From Bacillota bacterium (GTDB taxonomy: Bacteria > Bacillota > Sulfobacillia > Fermentithermobacillales > Fermentithermobacillaceae), in assembly GCA_040766225.1 (NCBI GenBank), contig JAXGQX010000002.1, forward strand, positions 8,790-72,789: a stretch of DNA of 64,000 bases, in the 5' to 3' direction. A program made the position numbers and the translations under genes. This document shows, one piece after another, positions 54,378-64,000 of this stretch; position 1 is the stretch's first letter, and every line of letters starts with the position of its first letter. The notes below the pieces were generated by a model. It was given only the letters and a program-made list of their open reading frames with translations. It was not told the origin of the DNA and ran no database searches.

Positions 54378-54581
54378 ATGGTGGAAAGGCCGCCCAGAAG
54401 CGTAGAGTACATCTGTCTTTCGTGCGGGGTTCAGGGCTTAATGCCCTTCCCGAGGGATGAGGAACTAGAAATGCAAGGCGACAATTCTCTGATATGCCCC
54501 AAATGCGGGGGTTCGGTGCTGTGCATCGAAAGAGAGGTCGCCTTCTGTGTTTCTATGCCTGCGTTAACAGCTAAGCCGTAG
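54378..54581 (+). CDS. Small zinc-ribbon protein (CxxC...CxxC), 67 aa
   Basis: YICLSCGV...ICPKCGG. Confidence 0.35.
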   Translation: MVERPPRSVEYICLSCGVQGLMPFPRDEELEMQGDNSLICPKCGGSVLCIEREVAFCVSMPALTAKP

Positions 54582-54786
54582 GAACCAACTTCATAACGTC
54601 TTAAGCTTCTTGACCGTCGTCCGGTCATTTGGCGAGTAGGAAGAGTCACTTCGCCAAGGCCGCCGGATAGGCGGTCTCTGTTTTTTCGAGAAGTCCCAAA
54701 AAAATAGGGCAAAACACCCGGACATGTGGAAGGAGTTTGGACAAGGGTGTAGAATAGGGGTGTCGAGTGGGGTGAAGTGGGGAAGC

Positions 54787-55227
54787 GTGTCACCGATAAC
54801 GGGGTTTACCGGAGAATACCAGTATAACGTGGACGTAAAGGGAAGGTTGGCCCTGCCCGTCAAGTTCAGGGACGCCCTAGGCCCACGATTCTTTATCGCC
54901 CGGGGGCTGGACAAGTGCCTGTTTGTGTACCCTAGCGAAGAATGGGCGCGAGTCCTAGAAAAAGTCAATGACATGCCCCTCAACCAAAAAGACGCCCGGG
55001 CGTACGCCAGGTACTTCTTGTCCGGAGCTTCCGAGGTGGAACCCGATAAGCAGGGCAGGATAAACCTGCCGGGCAACTTGCGGGAGTACGCCGGCCTCAC
55101 AAAAGACGTCTACGTCTTAGGCGTCGGCACCAGGGTAGAGATTTGGGACAAGGCGTTGTGGGATACCACTAAGGCTAGCATCGCCGAGAGTTTCACTAGC
55201 ATAGCGGAGGGCATAACAGGAGTATGA
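54787..55227 (+). CDS. mraZ: Transcriptional regulator MraZ (GTG start inside ORF 54724-55227)
   Basis: FTGEYQYNVDVKGRLALPVKFRD...; second MraZ repeat. Confidence 0.9.
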   Translation: MSPITGFTGEYQYNVDVKGRLALPVKFRDALGPRFFIARGLDKCLFVYPSEEWARVLEKVNDMPLNQKDARAYARYFLSGASEVEPDKQGRINLPGNLREYAGLTKDVYVLGVGTRVEIWDKALWDTTKASIAESFTSIAEGITGV

Positions 55228-56153
55228 CAGAGGGTTACCACGAGCCCGTAATGGTTTCGGAGGTCATGTCCTATCTCCTGAAAAGCCGTAGAGAAACTAT
55301 CGCTGACTGCACGGCCGGAGACGGTGGCCACTCGCTTGAGGTCCTAAGGAGGACGAAGGATACCTATCTGGTGGCGCTTGACGTGGATAACGACGCGGTC
55401 TCCACAGTTAGGCGCAGACTGGGAAACGAGTATCCGGGACGTTTTCAGGCGCGAAAAGGCGATTATCGCGAGTTAGGGCGGGTATTGGGCGAGATAGGAG
55501 TCCCTCGGATAGACGGTTCTCTTTTTGACCTTGGGGTGTCTTCCAGACAAGTCGACTCGCCGGAACGGGGCTTCACCTACTGGGGCAAAGCGCCCTTGGA
55601 CATGAGGATGAACCAGGACTCGCCGGTCACGGCCAAGGACGTGCTGTGGAGTAAGAGCGAGGAAGAGCTGGCCAGGGTCCTATGGGAGTACGGTGAGGAA
55701 CGTTTCTCCAGAGATATCGCCAGGAAGATCGTCGGCGCCCGCGAGGCGGGCGTCCTTGACACAGCGGAGGACCTGGTCGAGATCGTTAAGGCGGCGATAC
55801 CCCCAAAATACAGGCAAGGGGACATCCACCCGGCTAGGCGCACCTTTCAGGCCCTAAGGATAGCCACAAACGACGAGATATCCAGACTAGAGAAGGCACT
55901 TTGGGCAGCGTTTCGCTTGACTAGGCCGGGAGGAGTAGTGGTGGTCTTGTCCTACCACTCGCTTGAGGACAGGATAGTCAAATCGGTTTTTCGGAAGATA
56001 CATGACAGAGGGTTGGGCGAGAGGCTAACCAAGAAACCGGTCCGCCCGAGCGAAGCGGAAGTCAATGGGAATCCTCGAGCTCGAAGCGCCAAACTTAGAG
56101 CGGTCGAGAGAACAGACCAGAAGATTCAGAAGTACGGAGGGGTCCGGCAATGA
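55224..56153 (+). CDS. rsmH: 16S rRNA (cytosine1402-N4)-methyltransferase
   Basis: DCTAGDGGHS SAM motif; full-length alignment. Confidence 0.95.
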   Translation: MTEGYHEPVMVSEVMSYLLKSRRETIADCTAGDGGHSLEVLRRTKDTYLVALDVDNDAVSTVRRRLGNEYPGRFQARKGDYRELGRVLGEIGVPRIDGSLFDLGVSSRQVDSPERGFTYWGKAPLDMRMNQDSPVTAKDVLWSKSEEELARVLWEYGEERFSRDIARKIVGAREAGVLDTAEDLVEIVKAAIPPKYRQGDIHPARRTFQALRIATNDEISRLEKALWAAFRLTRPGGVVVVLSYHSLEDRIVKSVFRKIHDRGLGERLTKKPVRPSEAEVNGNPRARSAKLRAVERTDQKIQKYGGVRQ

Positions 56154-56623
56154 TCAGAAGTGCTGACGCATCGCTTGGGATGAGGGGAGCGGTCCTGCGC
56201 CGTCCCAGAAGGACGAGGTCCGTGGGCCTTCCGGTCGAGGTCTTGGGGCTCCTGTACTTTATGGTGATTTTGGGAGCGGGTCTGGTCTTAGTATGGCAGC
56301 CGGCTAGGGTCGCGCAGCATACCTCGGAAATTAACAAGCTGGAGGCCGTGCTCAAGGACCTAAAGCTCCGGAATGAGGACCTGAAGAAGACCGTGGCGGG
56401 TATGGAGTCCTTGAGCTACGTAGAGACACAGGCGAGAGAAAGGCTGGGAATGGTCGATCCCACTGATGTCAGGACGTGCCAAATCCTTGAAGTCGCCCCT
56501 CGGGAAGATTCGGGTATTACCATGGCATCTAGCGCGGAACCAAGGCAAACAGGCATAATGTCCGTGCTGGCCCGCATAGCTCAGATCTTTGGGAGCAAAG
56601 AAGCTATAGCCAAGGGGCAATAA
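56150..56623 (+). CDS. ftsL: Cell division protein FtsL/DivIC-like
   Basis: Single TM plus coiled coil; dcw position. Confidence 0.6.
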   Translation: MIRSADASLGMRGAVLRRPRRTRSVGLPVEVLGLLYFMVILGAGLVLVWQPARVAQHTSEINKLEAVLKDLKLRNEDLKKTVAGMESLSYVETQARERLGMVDPTDVRTCQILEVAPREDSGITMASSAEPRQTGIMSVLARIAQIFGSKEAIAKGQ

Positions 56624-56648
56624 TCACCTAGTTTCAAGGAGATCGACT

Positions 56649-58736
56649 ATGGGAGGAGTACTGGCCCGAAAGCGCGTTGGGCTGGTCCTGATAGGGACCA
56701 TTGTCGCGTTTACAGCGATTTTAGGGAGACTTCTGTATGTCCAGTTTGTGTGGGCAAACGACCTGGGCGAGATGGCGTTGGACATGCGTATGCAGGACAT
56801 CCCCATCCAGCCCAAGCGTGGGGTGATCTATGACAGAAACGGTCACGAACTGGCGTTCAGTATAGACGTCGAGTCAGTGTACGCTATACCGGCGCAGGTG
56901 AAGGACCCTGAGCTCACCGCCAGAAAACTATCGGACATCCTGGGTGTGAAGTACGACTCGGCGCTAAACGCCGTGACTCGCACTTCGGCTTTTGAGTGGA
57001 TAAAGCGGAAGATCCCAGATGACATCGCAAGAAGGCTCCGGGAGGAGAAGCTCCCGGGCATTGGCTTTACTCAGGAATCTATGCGCGTCTGGCCGAAAGG
57101 CACACTGCTCGCTCAAGTGCTGGGGATCGTAGGCATCGACAACGACGGCCTCGAGGGCATTGAATACGAGTACGACAGAGCCCTTCGGGGCATACCGGGC
57201 CGGTTTACCGTTGAGGTTGACGCGGTTGGCGATGCTTTGCCTCAATCTCAGAGGGGATACGTCCAGCCTCTCCAGGGCAAGAACTTGGTCTTGACCGTAG
57301 ATGAAGTGATCCAGTTCATCTGCGAGAGGGAATTGGACAACGCCGTTACCCAAAGCAACGCGGCGGGCGGCCTTGCCATAGCGATGGACCCCAGTAACGG
57401 GGAGATACTGGCTATGGCCCTAAGGCCGACGTACGATCCCAATAAATACGACGAGTACCCCATGGAGAACCGCAGGATTACGGCGGTTGCCGACTCATTC
57501 CCCCCGGGTTCCACCTTCAAACCCATCACGGCGGCTGCGGCTTTGGAGTGCGGCGCGGTCAGCATGAACGACACCTTCTACTGCGGGGGATCCACAAAAG
57601 TGCTCTCGGAGACCCTGTATTGTCACCTTGACTCCGGTCACGGCAGCCAGACCGTAGCCGAGGTCATCAAGAACTCGTGTAACGTCGGGTTCATTCAGAT
57701 CGCGCTAAGGGCGGGCATAGAGAACTTCTACAAGTACCTGGACCTTCTTGGAGTGAACACCACCACCGGCATTGACCTTCCGGGCGAGGTTTCCGGCATC
57801 ATGCCGGCGGAAGAAGTGGCGACCAAACTTGACTTGGCCTGTATGTCATACGGGCAGACATTGCAGTTAACCCCCATTCAGCTGCTAAGTTCCATATCGG
57901 CTATCGCTAACGGCGGATATACCGTACTTCCCCACGTAGTCAAGCAAATAACCGATACCGACGGGAACGTGGTCGAGGAAAAACCGTCATCTGTAGTACG
58001 CCGGGTTATTAGCCAGAAGACGTCGGAGGAGCTTAGGGAGGCCCTTGAACTTGTGGTGTCGGAAGGGACGGGAAAGCTTGCATACGTTCCCGGATACCGC
58101 TTGGCGGGCAAGACCGGAACCGCCAACAAGGTCATTGACGGCAGGCTGGTCCAAGGCAAGTATATGGCCTGGTTTATCGGTTTCGCGCCGGCCAACGACC
58201 CGCGTCTGGCGCTTTTGGTTATGGTTGATGAGCCTAAGGGGGCCTATTACGGCGGACAAATCGCGGCTCCGATTTTCTCGGGCGTCATGAGGGACGTCCT
58301 AAGATACCTGGAGGTGCCGCCTCAGACCGAGCCTACGGGGTCAGAGGAGGAATCGAAGGTGACTGTCCCGGATGTGGTCGGGAAGGATGTGGCCGCAGCT
58401 CAGACACAGCTCCGAGAGGGCTTTCTGTCAGGGAGAAAAGAAGGTCCCGGGGACAAAGTAAAACGGCAGTTCCCGGTGGCGGGGGTGAAGGTCCCCAAAG
58501 ACACGGTTGTGATACTATACACGGAAGATGATGCGGTTCCGCCGGAAGGCCTGGTCAAAGTCCCTACACTTTTGGGGTTGGGGCTCACTCAGGCAAGGCA
58601 GCGCCTAGCGGAGGTTGGGCTACCTCTAAGCGCTCAAGGCAGCGGGTTCTGCGTTCAGCAAGATCCGGAACCCGGAGCGATGGTGCCGCCGGGCACTTCG
58701 GTAAAGGCGACGTTCCGCATGGACGTCGGCCAGTGA
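56649..58736 (+). CDS. Class B penicillin-binding protein (FtsI/PBP2B/SpoVD family) with two C-terminal PASTA domains
   Basis: STFKP, SCNVG and KTGTA motifs; PASTA repeats. Confidence 0.9.
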   Translation: MGGVLARKRVGLVLIGTIVAFTAILGRLLYVQFVWANDLGEMALDMRMQDIPIQPKRGVIYDRNGHELAFSIDVESVYAIPAQVKDPELTARKLSDILGVKYDSALNAVTRTSAFEWIKRKIPDDIARRLREEKLPGIGFTQESMRVWPKGTLLAQVLGIVGIDNDGLEGIEYEYDRALRGIPGRFTVEVDAVGDALPQSQRGYVQPLQGKNLVLTVDEVIQFICERELDNAVTQSNAAGGLAIAMDPSNGEILAMALRPTYDPNKYDEYPMENRRITAVADSFPPGSTFKPITAAAALECGAVSMNDTFYCGGSTKVLSETLYCHLDSGHGSQTVAEVIKNSCNVGFIQIALRAGIENFYKYLDLLGVNTTTGIDLPGEVSGIMPAEEVATKLDLACMSYGQTLQLTPIQLLSSISAIANGGYTVLPHVVKQITDTDGNVVEEKPSSVVRRVISQKTSEELREALELVVSEGTGKLAYVPGYRLAGKTGTANKVIDGRLVQGKYMAWFIGFAPANDPRLALLVMVDEPKGAYYGGQIAAPIFSGVMRDVLRYLEVPPQTEPTGSEEESKVTVPDVVGKDVAAAQTQLREGFLSGRKEGPGDKVKRQFPVAGVKVPKDTVVILYTEDDAVPPEGLVKVPTLLGLGLTQARQRLAEVGLPLSAQGSGFCVQQDPEPGAMVPPGTSVKATFRMDVGQ

Positions 58737-58757
58737 GACTCTTATGGGGGAAGTCGG

Positions 58758-60251
58758 ATGAGACTTTCGGAATTGCTGCGAGAAGTATCAGGGGTTAGGT
58801 TCTTGGGCGACGCTCCTGTAACCGGTATATCCTACGATTCAAGGAGGGTCAGGCCGGGGCACGTCTTTGTAGCGGTAAAGGGCGAGCAAACCGACGGGCA
58901 CAAGTTCATCGGACAGGCGGTCCAAAACGGGGCTTCCGCAGTCATTGTGGAGGATGAATCCGCCGTAGAACCCGGCAAAGGGTACGCAATCGCCGTCGTT
59001 TCGGACAGCAGGACCGCTTTGGCAGCGGCGGGAAAGGCGTTCTTCGGGGATCCCAGCCGGGAGCTCCTAACGGTCGGCATTACCGGGACCAAGGGCAAGA
59101 CTACCGTGTGCCACCTGGTTAAGAGCGTCCTGGATGCTTGCGGCGAACGCACCGGTCTCATCGGCACGGTTCACAACATCGTGGGCGATGAAGTGCGGCC
59201 GGTCACCCACACGACGCCGGAGTCGTCGGACCTTCAGAGCCTTTTCCGGGACATGCTCTTGGCCGGATGCACTGCGGCGACCATGGAAGTTTCGTCACAC
59301 GCTTTGTCTTTGGGGCGTGTGAAGTACGTAAAGTTTGACTCGGCGGTCATAACCAACATTGGCAGGGACCACCTGGACTACCATGGCACCGTAGAACGGT
59401 ACATGGCTGCAAAAGCCCGTTTGTTCGAGGAACTTGGGCTTTCAGGCGAGAAAACGAGAGGGCTTCATCCCGTCTCGGTTCTTAACGCCGACGATGGCGC
59501 CTATGAGTATTTCCGGGGAAAGGTTAGGACCTCCCTCGTGACGTACGGCATGTCGCCTGAGGCAGACGTCCGGTGCTTGGACTTAGTTTCGGACAGGGAA
59601 GGGAGCAGCTTCGTTCTGGCACTGGGAGACTGGAAGAGGCGAACGCGTCTGGGCCTTCCGGGAAGATTCAACGTCATGAACGCCTTGGCGGCGGCCGCGG
59701 TATCTTACGGTTTCGAGATGGACAAAGAAGCCATCGTCCACGGCTTGGAGACCTGTCCGCCGGTTAGGGGAAGGGTTCAGACCGTGCCGGAGGCCGAGGA
59801 GTTTTCCATCTGGGTGGACTATGCCCACACGCCGGAGAGCCTTAGGGGCGTGTTGGAGACCGCCCGAGAGATGACGCAGGGAAGGGTAATTGCGGTTTTT
59901 GGTTGCGGCGGGGATAGGGATAAAGGGAAACGGCCCATAATGGGTCAGATAGCGGCCGAGTTGTGTGACCTGACTATTCTCACCAACGACAACCCGCGTA
60001 CCGAAGACCCGGAAGCCATCCTCGATCAGATAGAGGACGGTTTCCTGTCGGTGCCGGGAGACCACAGCCACCTGCGCCTTTCCGACAGGCGGGAAGCCAT
60101 TCGCGAAGCTGTGGGGAGGGCCGATAAGGGCGACATCGTGGTGCTCTCGGGCAAAGGGCATGAGACTTATCAGATCATAGGAGACCGCACAAACCACTTT
60201 GACGACGTCGAAGTGGCACGAAAGGCGGTCTTGGAGCGGAAGGAAGGGTAG
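58758..60251 (+). CDS. murE: UDP-MurNAc-L-Ala-D-Glu:meso-diaminopimelate ligase
   Basis: GTKGKTT P-loop; DNPR motif (TNDNPRTEDP) indicating meso-DAP specificity. Confidence 0.95.
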   Translation: MRLSELLREVSGVRFLGDAPVTGISYDSRRVRPGHVFVAVKGEQTDGHKFIGQAVQNGASAVIVEDESAVEPGKGYAIAVVSDSRTALAAAGKAFFGDPSRELLTVGITGTKGKTTVCHLVKSVLDACGERTGLIGTVHNIVGDEVRPVTHTTPESSDLQSLFRDMLLAGCTAATMEVSSHALSLGRVKYVKFDSAVITNIGRDHLDYHGTVERYMAAKARLFEELGLSGEKTRGLHPVSVLNADDGAYEYFRGKVRTSLVTYGMSPEADVRCLDLVSDREGSSFVLALGDWKRRTRLGLPGRFNVMNALAAAAVSYGFEMDKEAIVHGLETCPPVRGRVQTVPEAEEFSIWVDYAHTPESLRGVLETAREMTQGRVIAVFGCGGDRDKGKRPIMGQIAAELCDLTILTNDNPRTEDPEAILDQIEDGFLSVPGDHSHLRLSDRREAIREAVGRADKGDIVVLSGKGHETYQIIGDRTNHFDDVEVARKAVLERKEG

Positions 60252-60255
60252 ACCA

Positions 60256-61662
60256 GTGAGGCCTTACTCTCTATCGGAAATAGCCCAAATTGTCGGGGGG
60301 ACCGTTATCCGCGGGAATCCGGGCTCATCGTTCACCAAGGTGGAGATCGACTCCCGGAAGGTCCAACCCGGTGACCTTTTCTGGTGCATCCGGGGAGAGA
60401 GGGCGGACGGACACAGTTTCGTCGCCGACGTCGCCCTAAGAGGAGCGGGGGCAGCCGTAATCGAGCACCCCGTCTTGCTGCCTGAAGGGGATGTTGTCTC
60501 AAGCGACTTCGGTCTGGTGACCGTGGATTCAACGGTTAGGGCTATCGGCGCACTGGCTAAGGCTTACCGCAAGGAGCTCCCGGTTTCCGTCATCGGAGTC
60601 ACGGGGAGTGTCGGCAAGACAAGCACCAAAGACTTGGCCGGATCTGTTCTTGGCACGCGTTATTCGACCTATAGAAACCCCGGTAATCTGAACTCCCACA
60701 TCGGCCTTCCGTTGGCGGTGTTCGGGATGGACAGAAGTCACCGTTTCGCTTTCCTTGAAATGGCCATGAGGAAGAAAGGCGAGATCGCGGACCTATGCGA
60801 CATTGCCCGGCCGGGCATCGGCACACTAACCGATATCTCCGCCTCACATCTCGGAGAGCTTGGCAGCATCGAGAACATAGCGGAGGCCAAGTCCGAGATT
60901 TTGGAATGTCTCCCCGCGGATGGCCTTGCGGTCTTGTGCGGTGACAACTCGTGGGTGCGCAGGGTGAGCGACAGGGCCAAATGCAGGACAGTGTTTTACG
61001 GTTTGGGCGGAGACTCCGACTGCCGGGCGCATGATGTGAGGACCTTGGGAGCCGACGGTTCCGAGTTCGCGGTAACCTACAGGGGGGCCCAGTATCGCTT
61101 CTCTATTAGGGCGCCCGGGCTCCACCAAGTGCAGAACGCGCTGCCCGCTGTGGTCATCGGACTAGAGTTAGGGCTCTCCTACGAGGACATTAAGCGCGGG
61201 TTGGCTGAGGCGTCCCTTAGCCCCATGCGGCTGGAAGTGCTGAAACTCGGGAATCTGACCGTCATCAACGACGCCTACAACGCCAGTCCCAAGTCCATGC
61301 GCGCAGCCTTGGACCTTCTCTTGCAGATCGGACGAAACCGCAGGCTGGCGATCTTAGGCGATATGCTGGAGATGGGCGACGGCGGGCCGGAGGCGCACCG
61401 GGAAGCCGGCCGCTACGCGGCGACCAAAGCCACCCATCTGGTGGCCATAGGCCCACTTGGTAGAGAGATCAAGACCGGGTGGGACGAAGTCTCATGCAAC
61501 CCGTCGGCCCACTTCCAAGACAAGGAGAGTGCCTGGGACTACCTGTCTCGGATGGTTTCGGAAGGAGATACGTGCCTGGTGAAGGCCTCGCGCGGCATGG
61601 GCTTTGAGACTATCGTCGAAAGACTTAAGTCCCTCCAAGAGAAGACCGGAGCTGATGCGTAA
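60256..61662 (+). CDS. murF: UDP-MurNAc-tripeptide:D-Ala-D-Ala ligase (GTG start; ORF 60199 extends upstream)
   Basis: GVTGSVGKTSTK P-loop; Mur ligase C-terminal domain. Confidence 0.9.
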   Translation: MRPYSLSEIAQIVGGTVIRGNPGSSFTKVEIDSRKVQPGDLFWCIRGERADGHSFVADVALRGAGAAVIEHPVLLPEGDVVSSDFGLVTVDSTVRAIGALAKAYRKELPVSVIGVTGSVGKTSTKDLAGSVLGTRYSTYRNPGNLNSHIGLPLAVFGMDRSHRFAFLEMAMRKKGEIADLCDIARPGIGTLTDISASHLGELGSIENIAEAKSEILECLPADGLAVLCGDNSWVRRVSDRAKCRTVFYGLGGDSDCRAHDVRTLGADGSEFAVTYRGAQYRFSIRAPGLHQVQNALPAVVIGLELGLSYEDIKRGLAEASLSPMRLEVLKLGNLTVINDAYNASPKSMRAALDLLLQIGRNRRLAILGDMLEMGDGGPEAHREAGRYAATKATHLVAIGPLGREIKTGWDEVSCNPSAHFQDKESAWDYLSRMVSEGDTCLVKASRGMGFETIVERLKSLQEKTGADA

Positions 61663-62640
61663 TGGATTGGATGGACATTGTGCTTCCCCTTTGTGCGGGC
61701 TTCGTCTTTTCCGCGTTAGCGGGATTAGCCGTCATCCCGTATCTCAGACGCTTGAAGGTAGGCCAGAGCATCAGGGCGGAAGGGCCTAAGTCCCATCAGA
61801 AGAAGGCCGGCACTCCCACTATGGGGGGCTTCATCTTCATCATTGGAACCCTTTTGTCGGTAGCGCTCTACCGGGGCTTGACGAGAACGCCTCCACCTGT
61901 GGAGGAGCTCTTGATATTGGGCCTATTCGTAACGTACGGCGCCATCGGTTTCATCGACGACTACCGCAAGGTGCGGTTCGGACGGAACCTGGGGCTCAAG
62001 GCAAGAGAAAAGCTGGTCCTTCAAGTGCTGTTCGCGGCGTTGTTCACCTGGTTCTTCGCCGATAGGAAGGCGGTGTTGGTTCCCTTCCTGGGCCAGGAAC
62101 TGCGCTTAGGGTTCCTGTACCCGTTGTTCGCCATATTTGTCATTGTGGGTATAGGTAACGGGGTGAACCTGCTTGATGGTTTGGATGGCCTGGCCGGCGG
62201 CGTGGTCGCCATCGGGCTTGCGGCCTACGTGGTTGTGACCCGTCAAGGCCATGGCTGGGGCTGGACGTTTCGCCGCTAGCCCTGGGGGCGTTGGGGGCGG
62301 TGGGCGGGTTCTTGCTCACAACAAGCTCCGGCCCGGGTCATTATGGGGGACTTAGGTTCCCTCTCCTTGGCGTCTGCTTTCGGGTCTGGCGGTAACTACC
62401 CGTACTGAACTGGTCCTCCTGTTCTTCGCGGCCATGCCCGTCATCGAGAATTTGTCGGTTATCTTGCAGGTGGCTTCGTTTCAGCTTACGGGCAAAAGAA
62501 TATTCAAGATGAGCCCGCTTCACCACCACTTTGAGTTAAGCGGATGGAAAGAGACGGCGGTGGTCTACGCCTTTTGGCTCGCCGCGGCCGTCTTCGCGTT
62601 TCTCGGACTTCTTTTTAATGGCATACGTTTAGTAAGGGGA
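61662..62640 (+). CDS. mraY: Phospho-N-acetylmuramoyl-pentapeptide transferase, frameshifted (about 62280-62440); natural stop lost into ftsW
   Basis: N-terminal ORF 61662-62279 with DDxxD-like FIDDYRKV; C-terminal [20 protein letters not shown] inside ORF 62434-63327. Confidence 0.85.
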
Positions 62641-62650
62641 TGTGACGTTG

Positions 62651-63762
62651 CGCAGGCGGGGGAGACGGCCATTCGGCGCAAACAGCCGGACTTCATATTG
62701 CTTTTCGCCGTCCTTACGCTCTTGGCCATCGGCATCGTCATGGTCTTTTCAGCCAGCATGGTTCGCTCGGTCAGGTTCTACGGCCACCCCTACTACTTTC
62801 TCGTAAGGCAGTTGATGTGGGCCGGCTTGGGACTCTCCGCTATGTTTTTTCTTGCCAACTATGACTGCTGGCGTTACCGCAAGTTCATAACCGGCATTTA
62901 CGCCCTCTCTTTGTTGCTCTTGGTCCTGGTCCTCATCCCGGGAATCGGCCAAGTCAGAAACGACGCCAGACGGTGGATCGGCGTCGGCTCAATGGTGATC
63001 CAGCCGTCGGAGATAGCTAAGTTCACGACCGTCTTGTTCCTCGCTGACAGTCTCGCGAAAAGGCGCGAGAAAGTGGGAGACCTAATACGCGGTCTTGGCC
63101 CTTACCTGGTCCTTTTAGGGGTGACCTTTGTCTTGGTCTTGGCGGAACCGGACTTGGGAACCGCCGTCGCCATAGCGGCAGCCCGGTCGTGGTCATTTTC
63201 GCCGGCGGCGCGAAAGTGTGGCACCTTGTCGGCCTGGCGCTATGGCGTTGCCCGTTTTGTATTGGGCTATCATGGGCGAGGAGTACAGGCGGAACAGATT
63301 CTTGGCCTTCCTTCATCCTTGGGATGACCCGGCGGGCGACGGGTGGCAGATTATCCAAGCGTTGTACGCGTTGGGGACCGGGGACCTTTCGGGACCGGCA
63401 TCGGCTACTCACGACAGAAGTGGTTCTACTTGCCCTATCCGCATACTGACTTCATTTTCGCCGTCCTGGGAGAAGAGATGGGTTTTGTGGGCACCAGTCT
63501 TGTGGTCCTGTTGTTCTTCATCGTCGCCTGGCGAGGCTTTAGAGCTGCCATGGCCGCGCCGGACAGGTTCTCGTGCCTCTTAGCCGCCGGGCTCACTTCC
63601 CTCATCGTGATGCAGGCTCTGGTCAATATAGGGGTCGTTACCGGCTCACTCCCCATTACGGGCATACCGCTTCCTTTCATCAGTTCCGGCGGGTCGTCGC
63701 TTCTCACCAACTTGGCGGCCGCGGGCGTGATCCTCAACATATCAAGGTACGCGAATCGCTAG
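62651..63762 (+). CDS. ftsW: FtsW/SpoVE (SEDS family) cell-division/sporulation protein, multiple frameshifts
   Basis: [28 protein letters not shown]; C-terminal [23 protein letters not shown] in ORF 63343-63762; pieces in three frames. Confidence 0.85.
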
Positions 63763-63780
63763 AAGAGGGGGGCCCAACGA

Positions 63781-64000
63781 TGCGCTTGATCGTGACAGGA
63801 GGAGGGACAGGCGGTCACATATACCCGGCTTTGGCCGTCGCCAAGGAGACCCTGTCGCTCATGCCCGGCGCGAAGGTGCTGTATGTGGGGACCGCGCAGG
63901 GCATGGAGTCGGGGATCGTGCCCCGGGAAGGAATACCTTTTCAGCCGGTACGGTCTTCGGGGGTTATGGGAAAGAGGGCTTTGGTGGCCCTTCGAGGGCT
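63781..64000 (+). CDS. murG: UDP-GlcNAc:lipid I GlcNAc transferase, 5' part; runs off the window end
   Basis: MRLIVTGGGTGGHIYPALAVAKE. Confidence 0.85.

Noticed and set aside
3253-63762. Treating every split gene as a real pseudogene (gene loss)
   Set aside because: The indels hit essential single-copy genes (rplT, rpmI, ruvB, mraY, ftsW, thrS) while leaving the surrounding protein sequence undecayed. Sequencing or assembly indels are the more economical explanation. These genes are reported as spanning CDS with caveats.

Overview
High-GC chromosomal segment of a spore-forming Firmicute (Clostridia-like), inferred from gene order. The conserved backbone is ytxC, T-box-thrS, infC-rpmI-rplT, ktrBA, trmH-family methylase, T-box-pheST, polX, an L,D-transpeptidase, mutS2, PBP1A, tyrS, yunB, nadE, yebC, a bofC-like gene, ruvCAB, queH, spoIID, queA, tgt, yajC, a GntR regulator, a four-subunit 2-oxoacid:ferredoxin oxidoreductase (korDABC-like), a split-type methylmalonyl-CoA mutase plus epimerase and amidohydrolase, and the start of the dcw cluster (mraZ, rsmH, ftsL, class B PBP, murE, murF, mraY, ftsW/spoVE, murG). 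The dominant feature of the window is the very large number of 1-nt frameshifts. Many fall in homopolymer runs and they hit essential genes (rplT, rpmI, thrS N-terminus, ruvA, ruvB, tgt, korA/B/C, mraY, ftsW, ktrA, ktrB and others). This pattern fits indel-type sequencing or assembly error better than real pseudogenes, so split ORFs are reported as single spanning genes with that caveat. Two stretches are not conserved backbone. Region 235-8900 holds disrupted genes: a secreted C39-like peptidase, a coiled-coil protein, a decayed SplB-like radical SAM gene, an unresolved stretch, and a decayed MEDS-domain histidine kinase. Region 8884-14200 holds a lipoprotein serpin, a polytopic membrane protein translationally coupled to a radical SAM/SPASM enzyme with an N-terminal element resembling the leader-binding domain of peptide-modifying rSAMs, then four different tandem-repeat families (44, 32/96, 24 and 18 bp) around a VapBC-type toxin-antitoxin pair. 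No tRNA, rRNA or CRISPR was found.
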